NCBI GenBank assembly: GCA_023957015.1
Contig: JAMLHR010000010.1
Location: 8,693-72,692, forward strand
Direction of reading: 5' to 3'
Length of the DNA stretch: 64,000 nt
DNA from: Thermomicrobiales bacterium
GTDB taxonomy: Bacteria; Chloroflexota; Chloroflexia; Thermomicrobiales; UBA6265
Shown: in pieces, positions 44,813 to 54,064 of the stretch
How the letters are laid out: each line of letters starts with the position of its first letter
Numbering within the stretch: the first letter of the stretch is position 1
Translations under genes and position numbers: made by a program
Notes under the pieces: model-generated
The model's input: only the letters and a program-made list of their open reading frames with translations
The model's database searches: none
What the model was told of the DNA's origin: nothing

Positions 44813-46351
44813 ATGAGTTTGCGTATCGGAATCGATGTTGGTGGGACCAACACCGACGGGGTGTTGATGCAAGGTGGCGAGGTGATCTCGTGGGCCAAGC
44901 ATGGCACCACGCACGATGTTACCGATGGTATCCAGGCGGTACTCCGCGATCTTCTCGGGGAATCCATTGCTCCAGGTGAGATCGACTCGGTTATGATCGG
45001 TACCACTCACTTTACGAACGCCGTGGTACAACGTCGCGATCTGGTGCCAACCGCTGCGCTGCGCATCTGCTTGCCAGCCGGCGAAGCGATCCCGCCTCTC
45101 TATGACTGGCCGGAAGATATGCAGGCCTGCGTGGGGAACCATCGATTCATGGTGCACGGCGGTCACGAGTTCGATGGTCGCGAGATCTCGGCGCTCGACG
45201 AGCCAGAGCTAACCCAGGTGGCGGACTACCTTATCGCCAACCAGATCGAGAGCCTGGCAATCACCGGCGTCTTCGCACCTGTCAGCCCGGATCACGAGGA
45301 ACGCGCGACCTCATATTTCCTTGAACGGTTACCGGAACTCAACATCACCGAATCGCACCAGATCGGTAGACTGAGCCTGCTGGAGCGCGAGAATGCCACC
45401 GCACTCAACGCCAGCCTGGCACCATTGGCGAAACGCACGGTGGCTGGCTTCAAACGTGCGCTCGATGTCCTCGGAATCTCGGCCAGTCTCTACATCACCC
45501 AGAACGACGGTACGCTGATGAGCGCCGAGTTCGCCGAACGTTATCCGGTGCTTACATTCAGCAGCGGTCCCACCAACTCCATGCGCGGTGCAGCAGCCCT
45601 GACGGGGTTACAGGACGGTATCGTCATCGATATCGGTGGCACGACAACCGATGTCGGTATGCTCGTGGCTGGCTTCCCGCGAGAAGCCTCGTTTGCTATT
45701 GATATCGGTGGCGTGCGCACGAACTTCCGCATGCCCGATCTGGTGAGCATCGGACTTGGTGGCGGCAGCATCGTCCGCGATGGTGGCCTTCGGCTTGGTC
45801 CGGATAGCGTTGGGTACGAGATTCGGGAGAAGGCTCTGGTTTTTGGTGGCGATACGCTTGTGGCCACGGATATCGCCGTTGCTGGTGGCTGGGCAGATGT
45901 CGGTGATCCATCGCTCGTAGCCAGCGTTGACGAAGCAATCGTGAAACGAGGTCGCCGGACCATCCACGAGATGATCTCTCGTTGTATCGACACAATCCGG
46001 ACAAGCTCCGCAGCGGTGCCGATTGTGCTGGTTGGCGGTGGCAGCATCCTCGTCCACGACGAGTTGGCTGGGGCATCCGATATACATCGTCCGGATCATT
46101 ACCTGGTCGCCAATGCCATAGGGGCCGCCATCGCGCAGGTCAGCGGCGAGGTGGACCAAGTGTTCTCCCTTGAGGGAACCACGCGCCAACAGGTGTTGCT
46201 GGCGGCGGAGAACGAGGCGCGTGCCAAGGCGGTGCTGGCCGGAGCGCGCGAGGACACGATCGAGGTGGTTGAGATCGAGGAGATTCCCCTCCCCTATCTA
46301 CCCTCGAGCGCGATTCGGATTCGCGTGAAGACGGTTGGCAGTCTGGACTAG
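44813..46351 (+). CDS. Hydantoinase/oxoprolinase family protein (HyuA-like)
   Basis: LRIGIDVGGTNTDGVLM N-terminus and a second ASKHA motif DIGGTTTDVG. ATG 44813 follows GGAGG. Confidence 0.85.
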   Translation: MSLRIGIDVGGTNTDGVLMQGGEVISWAKHGTTHDVTDGIQAVLRDLLGESIAPGEIDSVMIGTTHFTNAVVQRRDLVPTAALRICLPAGEAIPPLYDWPEDMQACVGNHRFMVHGGHEFDGREISALDEPELTQVADYLIANQIESLAITGVFAPVSPDHEERATSYFLERLPELNITESHQIGRLSLLERENATALNASLAPLAKRTVAGFKRALDVLGISASLYITQNDGTLMSAEFAERYPVLTFSSGPTNSMRGAAALTGLQDGIVIDIGGTTTDVGMLVAGFPREASFAIDIGGVRTNFRMPDLVSIGLGGGSIVRDGGLRLGPDSVGYEIREKALVFGGDTLVATDIAVAGGWADVGDPSLVASVDEAIVKRGRRTIHEMISRCIDTIRTSSAAVPIVLVGGGSILVHDELAGASDIHRPDHYLVANAIGAAIAQVSGEVDQVFSLEGTTRQQVLLAAENEARAKAVLAGAREDTIEVVEIEEIPLPYLPSSAIRIRVKTVGSLD

Positions 46352-46360
46352 ATACAGAGG

Positions 46361-47508
46361 ATGCGCATCATGTGGACGATTGGGTACGACGATCTGGAAA
46401 GCATTGCTGTGGGCGCTGGCATCCTCGGCACCGGCGGTGGCGGCAATCCGTATATCGGCAAGCTGATGACGCGGCGTTGCCTCGACGATGGCGCGCGCAT
46501 TCAGGTCGTTCAACCCGATGATGTGCCCGACGAGGCGACGTGTGCCTCTGTCGGCGGTATGGGCGCACCAACGGTGAGTATCGAGAAGATTCAGCGCGGA
46601 GATGAGCCACTGGTCGCGTTGCGGGCGCTGGAGCAGTTCACCGGCAAGAAGGTGGGCTACCTGGTGCCGTGGGAGATCGGCGGCACCAACAGCATGCGAC
46701 CGCTGGTCCAGGCCGCGAAGAGCGGTTTGCCGGTGGTGGATGCCGATGCGATGGGTCGCGCCTTCCCGGAACTGCAGATGTGCACCTACTCGATCTACGG
46801 GGTGCCGGGTGCACCGGCGGCGATTAGTGATGTCAGGGGTGATGTCGCGCTCTTCCCGAACATATCCACCGACCAGTTGCTCGAACGCTATGCTCGTGCG
46901 GTGACAATCGAGATGGGCGGGAGCGCCGGCATCGCCAGTCCGCTGATGAGCGGTGCGGATATGAAGCGCACCGTGATTCCCGGCACCCTCACCTTCGCTC
47001 GCGATCTCGGCGCGGCCGTGCGCCAGGCACGAGAGACATTGGCGGATCCGGTGCAGGCTGTGTTGGACGTTTGCAATGGCCAATCACTGTTCCGGGGGCA
47101 AGATCGTCTCCGTCGAACGCCGTGTCGCCAAGGGATTCTCCCGCGGTAGAGGTGATTATCGATGGGCTGGACGATAACCGTGGCGATACCCTGCACATCG
47201 ACTTCCAAAACGAGAATCTGATCGCTCGTCGCGGCGAGGAAGTACTGGCCTCCGTACCTGATCTCATCTGCATCGTGGACTCTGTTACCGCGGAGCCGAT
47301 CGCAACCGAGGTACTGCGGTACGGACTCACCCGGGTAACAGTACTCGGCATTCCGGCACCCAGACTGCTGAAGACGCCGGAAGCATTGGCGGTGGTAGGT
47401 CCGGGTGCGTTTGGCTATGACGTGCCGTTTGTGCCTCTGGCCGGCGTGTATGGGGTGAGAACTAACCCATCCGGTACCGACCTTGTTCGTGGACTAGCCC
47501 CTATCTGA
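46361..47508 (+). pseudogene. DUF917 (PF06032-like) protein gene interrupted by two +1 frame changes
   Basis: Frame A reads ...GILGTGGGGNPYIG...NGQSLFRG up to ~47098. The family-typical KIVSVERRVAKGFSRG is in frame A+1 (47097-47148). VIIDGLDDNRGDTLHIDFQNENLIAR...PDLICIVD continues in frame A+2 (track ORF 47071-47508). Confidence 0.7.
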
Positions 47509-47518
47509 TAGGTCACGG

Positions 47519-47540
47519 TAGAGGCCTGCTACAGCCTCTA
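47519..47540 (+). terminator. Hairpin after the DUF917 gene
   Basis: TAGAGGC-CTGCTACA-GCCTCTA is a 7-bp stem located 11 nt after the stop. Confidence 0.4.
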
Positions 47541-47632
47541 TCGCAACGACACCCCTTTAAATGATCCGTACGCATGTCGAGGGGGTATCTCATTGTGTCG
47601 AGTCTGCGGAGATGCCTACTTGGGAATATCAA

Positions 47633-47905
47633 CTAACGTGATCTCAGTGTCTTCCCAAATGCATGCGCTGCTTTCACCACCGTACTCAGTTTCACATCAT
47701 CGACATCTCGATTGATCAGGCGATCTACCTGGGACCTGCTGGTACCCATCTGACTCGCCAACTGAGTTTTACTCATCTCCTGACGCTCCATCTCTTCCAT
47801 CATCCAGTTCAAGACGTCAGTAAGTGCCTGAGTTTTGACTTCCTCATACGCACCCTCTGCAATCAGGAAATCATCAAAGGATTCTCCAAGGTGCTTGTTA
47901 CTCAT
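47633..47905 (-). CDS. XRE-family HTH antitoxin-like protein (HigA-like)
   Basis: 90 aa, intact. MSKTQLASQMGTSRSQVDRLIN is an XRE HTH. Its start overlaps the end of the decayed toxin reading frames. Confidence 0.75.
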   Translation of the reverse strand: MSNKHLGESFDDFLIAEGAYEEVKTQALTDVLNWMMEEMERQEMSKTQLASQMGTSRSQVDRLINRDVDDVKLSTVVKAAHAFGKTLRSR

Positions 47906-48300
47906 TCTCGCGTGCCTCCAAAAGCTGTTTTCTCCTTCGAGCAGCTACTGCCAGTTCGGATTTGGGGGTTTCTGCGTCTTCTTCGACGCATGAAGCAAAA
48001 TGGCCTCGCCGTTATTGTAGGGGTGAACAGAATTCCGACAATCCTGTGTGTCGTCAGATTTACGAATCTCCCAGATCTGGTTCTCCGAAACCGACATACC
48101 GGCATACCTATCAGCCAACCATACTCAACTCTTGCGATCGCGATGCCTACAACTTTCCGATCGTCCTCGAAAGTTCCAGCAGAAAAATCCGAACGGGACT
48201 GCCGTTATCAACCCGAAAAGATCGCGCCGGCAAGGTCTTTAGCTCCGACAACTGAACCTCCAGGTACAAGGCAAGTGTACCATGCATGGTACGCGTCAAT
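47902..48300 (-). pseudogene. Decayed Gp49/HigB-like (RelE/ParE superfamily) toxin gene, multiple frameshifts and stops
   Basis: Family-like pieces are scattered over three minus-strand frames: LSELKTLPARS...VRIFLLELSRTIGKL*, QIWEIRKSD, HRIVGILF, NNGEAILLHASKKTQK, TPKSELAVAARRRKQLLEARENE*. The last junction is consistent with a 1-nt loss in CAGAAA(A)CCCCC. Confidence 0.5.
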
Positions 48301-48457
48301 ATCTTCCTCAAACTATGTTGTATGCGGGTGTACCTATATGTGTTGATGATCACGGTATCTGGCATCAGAAAGCGTCGGAGTCGTATCAGGACGAAACAGC
48401 AAATCGTACCCAGAGCCATCACTCTGAGAACTACTGATTCTATAGGGACGCCGTGGG

Positions 48458-48533
48458 TGACCCCCCCGGGACTCGAACCCGGAACCCAATGGATTAAAAG
48501 AGATCCACTGCTCTGCCATTGAGCTAGAGGGTC
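48458..48533 (-). tRNA. tRNA-Lys(UUU)-like gene with a 3-nt insertion in the anticodon loop (possible pseudo-tRNA)
   Basis: Hand fold: acceptor GACCCTC/GGGGGTC, D arm GCTC-AATGGCA-GAGC, anticodon stem GTGGA/TCCAT, T arm CCGGG-TTCGAGT-CCCGG. The loop reads TCT+CTTTTAA (10 nt) where E. coli tRNA-Lys has CTTTTAA. The variable region is 6 nt. The 3' flank is CCC, not CCA. Confidence 0.6.
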
Positions 48534-48607
48534 TCGCGCTGGGGTGGCGCGAGGAACTATCCACCTCTTTACGGGCGTGTTTGCGCCACTTTGGAGCAGG
48601 AGAATCC

Positions 48608-49402
48608 GTGTCTGTCCAACCCATCACCACCTGGATCCTCGCTGCCATCTGTGCCGCACTCATCACCGGTATCGCCTGGCGATTTCGGGCGCTGGCGCCT
48701 TCCGGAGTGATCGCCGCAACGATGATGGGCACCGTGGTCGTCGGCACCGGTGGTTGGTGGCCGGGTATCATTCTGGTCGTATTCTTCGTCAGCTCCAGCG
48801 CGATCTCGCGTATCGGACCACAAAGCGATCACCAGGCTCGCGGTGCCCAACGCGACTGGGTGCAGGTGCTAGCGAACGGCTGGCCGATGCTAATCGGTTG
48901 TCTCCTCTTCGGCTTCTCGGAGAACACAAACTGGCTACTGTTCGGCATCGGTGGGATCGCCGCGGCGACCGCCGATACCTGGAGCTCCGAGCTCGGACGA
49001 CGCAGCCACGCTCCACCCCGGCTAATCACGACTGGGAAGGTTGTGCAAACCGGCACCTCTGGTGCCGTAAGCTCCATGGGACTCATCGCCAGCTTCGGCG
49101 GTGCCTCTCTGATCGCCATCCTCCTTGGCATAAGCAGTATCGGGGCGATATGGCCGGTTGTGCTCGCGATCGTCATCGCCGGGTTCGCAGGTGGACTCAT
49201 CGATTCCCTCCTCGGGGCAACGGTCCAGGAACGCCGCTACTGCGATCACTGCCAGCGTCTGACGGAATCAAATCCACATCGCTGTGGCACTTCGACGAGA
49301 ATCGTGGGTGGTATCCGTGGGATTAACAATGATGGTGTCAATGTGGCGTGCGCCTTCACTGGCGCGATCATCGGGGGGATATCGGGTATCCTATTTCTGT
49401 GA
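48608..49402 (+). CDS. DUF92 (TMEM19-like) integral membrane protein
   Basis: GTG 48608 follows GGAGCAGGAG. ILVVFFVSSSAISRIG and TADTWSSELG motifs are typical of DUF92. Confidence 0.8.
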   Translation: MSVQPITTWILAAICAALITGIAWRFRALAPSGVIAATMMGTVVVGTGGWWPGIILVVFFVSSSAISRIGPQSDHQARGAQRDWVQVLANGWPMLIGCLLFGFSENTNWLLFGIGGIAAATADTWSSELGRRSHAPPRLITTGKVVQTGTSGAVSSMGLIASFGGASLIAILLGISSIGAIWPVVLAIVIAGFAGGLIDSLLGATVQERRYCDHCQRLTESNPHRCGTSTRIVGGIRGINNDGVNVACAFTGAIIGGISGILFL

Positions 49403-49506
49403 ACCATGTGTGCGTGCACACACGACCATCTTGTTTCCGGCCCGACACTACGTCCCCGGGTACCGCAAACTATCGGTCGCATCTCAACTCAACGCGGGAG
49501 CCATGC

Positions 49507-50988
49507 ATGAACTCAAACAATGACACCCATCGATTCAGCCGCCGTTCAGCGATCATGGCCTTCACAGCAAGTTCTGGTCTGCTCCTCACGCGGAACGTCT
49601 TTGGCCAAGAGGCATCCACACCTGAGGCCGGTACGCCAGTGGCCACCGCTGAGGCATCACCGGTTGCCGCCACCGATCCAGAAATTCGCAATCTCATGGA
49701 CTTTCAGATCGACGAGCTGCCGGAGTCACCATTCACGGTGCGCCTGCTGCGCATTATGTTAGAACCGGGTGCGATCACCCCAATGCACCGCCACCATGGT
49801 CCGGAGATCGATATGGTGGAGATCGGTGAGGTCCTAATCCGCTCACTTGGTGACGCTCCCGTAACCCGGGCCGATGGCACGCAGGAAACTTCCACCGGCG
49901 ACGATGTCGTGTTGGGAGTAGACGACGCCGTGTTCTTCCCGGCCGGTATCGGTATGTACTTCGAGAACACCACCGATTCCACCGTCGTCATCCTGAGTTC
50001 GGTCATCATTCCGGTTGGTCCGGATTTCATCAACGAACGCATCATGTGGGTGGACGAGCAGCCCGATCTCACCGGTGTCAGCTATCAGAAACTGGCCGAT
50101 GGTTTAATTCAAACGCTCCCCGTCCAGGCAGCAGGTTGGACCGTCGATGAGGTGACGCTGCCCGCTGCGCTTGATCTTCCCGGTATCGACGGTATCGGCA
50201 CGATCACGCCACTGATGGGCAATCTCTCGTTCACGATCGATAGCGGTCAGGTGCAGGTAACGCGCGCCCAGAACACCGGGCTGCAGCCGAATGCGGTGCC
50301 GGGTACATCCTTCTCGCTCGGTGATGCCGATGGCGCCTTCTTCCCGAACGGATTCGTATCGACCTCGCGCGCTGAGGAGTCCGATGCACTTACCTATCTG
50401 GCGATGAATATCAACCCGGTGAATGGCACAGGCGCAACCGCAGCCGCCATCACCTTCACGGCCGGTGATGGCACCGTCGCTGGCGCAACCGCTGATATCA
50501 CGATCGGTTCCACTGTCACCACCACCGAGAACAACGTGAATATGCGTGCCGAGGCCAGTGTCGATGCCGAGATCGTGGAACAGATCGCATCCGGTGTGAA
50601 CCTGGAAGTGCTCGATGGTCCCGTCGATGGCGACGATTACACCTGGTTCAAGGTGAGAGTCCTGTCAGCCGGTTCCGCCGAGGGATGGGTCGTGACAGAC
50701 TTTATCGAACCATCATCTGCGCCTACCGAGAACGAGGGAGATGGCACCTCCAGCGAGAGCAGCGACGCTTTCCCGGTCGGCAGCAAGGTGGTCACCACCG
50801 ATAACAACGTTCGCATTCGCTCCGAGGCCAGCACAGAGGGTGAGGCGCTCACGGCATTACCAGAAGGGACCGAGCTCATCGTCACCGGAGCGGTGGTTGC
50901 TGGCGGGGAATACTCCTGGTTGCCAGTCGAGGCTGAAGATGGAACCGAAGGCTATGTGGTAACGGACTTCGTAGAAGCGGTCCCGTAA
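49507..50988 (+). CDS. Secreted (Tat-signal-like) cupin-domain protein with two C-terminal SH3b domains
   Basis: Start MNSNNDTHRFSRRSAIMAFTASSGLLL has a twin-arginine signal. A cupin-like core follows (MHRHHGPEIDMVEIGEVLI). Two ~65-aa repeats (NNVNMRAEASVDAEIV...GWVVTDFI and NNVRIRSEASTEGEAL...GYVVTDFV) look like SH3_3. Confidence 0.7.
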   Translation: MNSNNDTHRFSRRSAIMAFTASSGLLLTRNVFGQEASTPEAGTPVATAEASPVAATDPEIRNLMDFQIDELPESPFTVRLLRIMLEPGAITPMHRHHGPEIDMVEIGEVLIRSLGDAPVTRADGTQETSTGDDVVLGVDDAVFFPAGIGMYFENTTDSTVVILSSVIIPVGPDFINERIMWVDEQPDLTGVSYQKLADGLIQTLPVQAAGWTVDEVTLPAALDLPGIDGIGTITPLMGNLSFTIDSGQVQVTRAQNTGLQPNAVPGTSFSLGDADGAFFPNGFVSTSRAEESDALTYLAMNINPVNGTGATAAAITFTAGDGTVAGATADITIGSTVTTTENNVNMRAEASVDAEIVEQIASGVNLEVLDGPVDGDDYTWFKVRVLSAGSAEGWVVTDFIEPSSAPTENEGDGTSSESSDAFPVGSKVVTTDNNVRIRSEASTEGEALTALPEGTELIVTGAVVAGGEYSWLPVEAEDGTEGYVVTDFVEAVP

Positions 50989-51016
50989 CTCCATCGCCCG
51001 AGACCTGATAGATAGC

Positions 51017-51051
51017 AAAGAGCCGATCCGCGAGAGACGGATCGGCTCTTT
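51017..51051. terminator. Strong bidirectional intrinsic terminator
   Basis: AAAGAGCCGATCCG-CGAGAGA-CGGATCGGCTCTTT is a 14-bp perfect stem flanked by A/T runs. It lies between the convergent cupin gene and aroE. Confidence 0.75.
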
Positions 51052-51056
51052 CGTTT

Positions 51057-51864
51057 CTACTCCCCAATCGCTGCGGCGCGCATGACGTCAACCGGTGGGG
51101 TGACATCAAACCAGAGTTCAAATGCCCGCACCCCCTGGTGAATCAGCATCCCCAGTCCGTCAAGCGTGCGGAGATCGCGAGCAGCGGCATCTTGCATGAT
51201 GAGGGTATTGGCGTAGGTAAGATCCGTCACCAGAGCATCCTCGGGCAACAGAGCAACCAGATCAGCATCGATCACGCGCTCATCGTGCCAACCCAGCGCA
51301 GTGGCATTGGTAACCAGGTTAGCCGTCGGCAGTAGCTCTGGCAGCATCGACCACTCGGCCGCACTCGCACTCAACTCGGTAGCTAATGCTTTCGCCCGCG
51401 CGTATGTGCGGTTGACGATAACGACTTCGCTGGCGCCCATATCCTGGAGTGCCACGACGACGGATCGCGAAGCTCCACCGGCGCCCAGCACGATCGCGCG
51501 CTGCGGCGCAAACTCGGGATAGCTCTCGAATCGAGGCACCGTAGCCATAAGCATCGGTATTGTCACCGATCAAGATATCGCCCCGAGGAATAAGCGTATT
51601 GACCGAACCGATGCGGCGGGCGGTTTCAGAAACCTGGTCGACGAGTTGCAACACCGCCTCCTTGTGAGGCACTGTCACATTCGAACCCACCACCTCCTCC
51701 TGACGGAGGAGGTTAACCTTCTCCACCAATCCTTCTGGTTCGGTGGGCCAGAGCTCGTAAACGTTATCCATACCCAGCGCCGCAAACGCGGCGTTATGCA
51801 TGCGCGGTGAACGCGAGTGGGCGATGACCGCTCCACCGATCAGACCAACTCTCATCCCTAACAC
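51057..51864 (-). pseudogene. aroE: Shikimate dehydrogenase AroE, split by a single frameshift (real pseudogene or sequencing error)
   Basis: The N-terminal half (GLIGGAVIAHSRSPRMHNAAF...NVTVPHK...GDNTDAYGYGASIRE) is in track ORF 51319-51864. The C-terminal half (SYPEFAPQRAIVLGAGGASRSVVVAL...) is in ORF 51057-51566. The total length is 3n+1, with the junction at ~51516-51525 next to a CCC/GGG run. Confidence 0.8.
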
Positions 51865-52958
51865 CCGCTCGAATCCTCCTCCGCCACCGCAACCTGATGT
51901 TCCTCATAGGTAAAGGTGAATCGATGCTCGCCGCTACAATCGCCCTTGGCAACGAAGTAGTAGTAACCGTCGTTGGCTGGCTGGGATACAGCCTGAAGTG
52001 AGGCTGACCCGGGATTGGAGATAGGTCCGGGTGGAAGCCCGATATTGGCTGCCATATAGGTGTCCCAGGCCGTCTCTTTTGATCGGGCCAGATTGTCATT
52101 CTCGGTCAGTTTGGGCCACCAGTTTTCCTCTGTACCGATACCGTACTGCTGCGAGGGGTCCGCGTTCAGGTTCATGTCATCGTGAACTCGATTGAGATAA
52201 ACCTCAGCGATCGATGGCCGCTCAAGCGATACCGCTGCCTCTCGCTCAACGATCGAGGCCACGATCACCGCTTCAAAGACATTCAGTCCCTGAGCAGTGA
52301 ACCCGGTCAGAATATCGTCGGTCAAATGATCCTGGAAGTTCTGGAGCTGATAGTCAATCAGAGCCGCTACCGTGCCATTGCCAGGCACTGTATAGGTGTC
52401 CGGGAAGAGGAATCCTTCCAGACTGCCATCGGCAGGGACATCCTTGAGGAACTCGTAGGCATCGCGCCAATACTCGATATCGCGCGCCAGGGTAAGATAC
52501 TCGGCCCCCGCACCCGGCCACTGCGCTTCCAGCACCGCCGCATTCTGCTCCATGCGCTGACCCTCGATAAAGGTCACGGCAAACGAAGGGCGCTCGGGAC
52601 CAGCCGTCGTCGTATCATCATCGGATGAACTGGCTTCCATGGTAATCGTCTGGATGATCTGATTGGTGGTCATACCGATCTGCAGGTTATAGGTTCCTGG
52701 TCGCAGCTCGACACTGGAGAAGCGCATCTTGTTCTCGAAATACCACGGCTGACTGATCAGGTCAGCATCCTGCAGGCGATCGGCGACCGTGGATGTATCG
52801 TCATCTTCGGTGACGCTAAACACCACCGATCGCCCCACTTCGCGTGGCTGCTCCTTATCGATCCAGTAGTTGAAGAACCAGACGCTGCCACCAGCTACCA
52901 TCAAGGCCAACAGTGCGATGCTGATGATCTTCAGCGCATTTGCGAGTGTTCGAATCAC
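51858..52958 (-). CDS. mltG: Endolytic murein transglycosylase MltG (YceG-like)
   Basis: 366 aa. N-terminal TM, LEGFLFPDTY and ASIVEREA motifs. Confidence 0.9.
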   Translation of the reverse strand: MIRTLANALKIISIALLALMVAGGSVWFFNYWIDKEQPREVGRSVVFSVTEDDDTSTVADRLQDADLISQPWYFENKMRFSSVELRPGTYNLQIGMTTNQIIQTITMEASSSDDDTTTAGPERPSFAVTFIEGQRMEQNAAVLEAQWPGAGAEYLTLARDIEYWRDAYEFLKDVPADGSLEGFLFPDTYTVPGNGTVAALIDYQLQNFQDHLTDDILTGFTAQGLNVFEAVIVASIVEREAAVSLERPSIAEVYLNRVHDDMNLNADPSQQYGIGTEENWWPKLTENDNLARSKETAWDTYMAANIGLPPGPISNPGSASLQAVSQPANDGYYYFVAKGDCSGEHRFTFTYEEHQVAVAEEDSSGC

Positions 52959-53059
52959 AGTGTATTAACTCCGTTTGGGTGTGCGGCTGGCCGGGTACAA
53001 TGAACGCTTGAGGTCCGCCTCCACCCTCGTCTACCCGCCTATTCTACGCTGAAGCGCCG

Positions 53060-54013
53060 ATGTCTGACCGCACCACAGTTCCATCGCTACCCAAGATCGT
53101 TGTGCTGGTTGGTCCGACCTCCGTCGGCAAGACCGATCTCAGCATCGAACGCGCCGAACGCTATGATGCCGAGATCATCAATGCCGACTCCAGGCTCTTC
53201 TACCGCGGTATGAATATCGGTACCGCCAAGCCAAGCCCTGAGCAACAGGAACGCGCCCGACATCACCTCATCGATTTCCTCGATCCCGGCGATCCAGTGT
53301 CGCTCGCGACGGTCCAGGACATGGCATTCGCCGCTATCGATGATGTCCTTGATCGAGGTAAGCTCCCATTGCTTGTCGGTGGTACGCCTCAGTACGTGAA
53401 CGCGATCGTCGAGAACTGGCGCATACCGCGCGTCGAACCCAATCCGGAACTCCGGGCCCAACTCGAGTCAGAGGAACTCGAGCGGCCAGGCGTGTTGCTG
53501 AAGCGCTTACGCGCGGTCGATCCGCGTGGCGCGGAGATACATGCTGGCAACACCCGCCGCATAATCCGCGCACTGGAGGTGTACGAAGCCACGGGTCAAC
53601 CGATCACGACGCTTCAGGGCAAGGGAGAGCCTCGGTACAACGCGCTCGAGATCGAGTTGTGGAGGCCACGTGAGGAGCTTCATCGCCGAATCGATAATCG
53701 CGCCATCGAGCAAATCGAAGCCGGTCTCATCGAGGAAGTCACCGCCCTCCTCAATGCGGGTACCGATCCCAACTCCGGCGCATTCTCCAGCATTGGCTAT
53801 CGCCAATTGGTTCCCTACGTACGAGGTGAGATCACATTGGATCAGGCGATCGAACGCATACAGTTCGATTGCCACCGCCTGGTGCGACATCAGGAGACGT
53901 GGTGGCGAAAGAATCCCCGGCTCCAACGGATAGAGATGCAGCAACCAGATGCGTTCGCGCAGATCACGGCATTGATCGACGCATTCCTGCAGCAATCAGT
54001 GCATTCCCGGTAA
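53060..54013 (+). CDS. miaA: tRNA dimethylallyltransferase
   Basis: 317 aa. VVLVGPTSVGKTDLS P-loop, INADSRLFYRGMNIGTAKP and LVGGTPQY. Confidence 0.95.
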   Translation: MSDRTTVPSLPKIVVLVGPTSVGKTDLSIERAERYDAEIINADSRLFYRGMNIGTAKPSPEQQERARHHLIDFLDPGDPVSLATVQDMAFAAIDDVLDRGKLPLLVGGTPQYVNAIVENWRIPRVEPNPELRAQLESEELERPGVLLKRLRAVDPRGAEIHAGNTRRIIRALEVYEATGQPITTLQGKGEPRYNALEIELWRPREELHRRIDNRAIEQIEAGLIEEVTALLNAGTDPNSGAFSSIGYRQLVPYVRGEITLDQAIERIQFDCHRLVRHQETWWRKNPRLQRIEMQQPDAFAQITALIDAFLQQSVHSR

Positions 54014-54064
54014 TCAACAGCGTCGCTCGTCTGCTACAATCGCCCTACGGAATGTAGAACATTT

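Noticed and set aside
49348-49506. Upstream extension of the cupin-SH3b ORF, and similar extensions at 37318-37494, 38348-38386, 61289-61612 and 28126-28173
   Set aside because: The extensions overlap neighbouring genes or lack SD sequences. Internal starts are preceded by SD-like motifs and give canonical N-termini (Tat signal, PIG-L motif, and so on).
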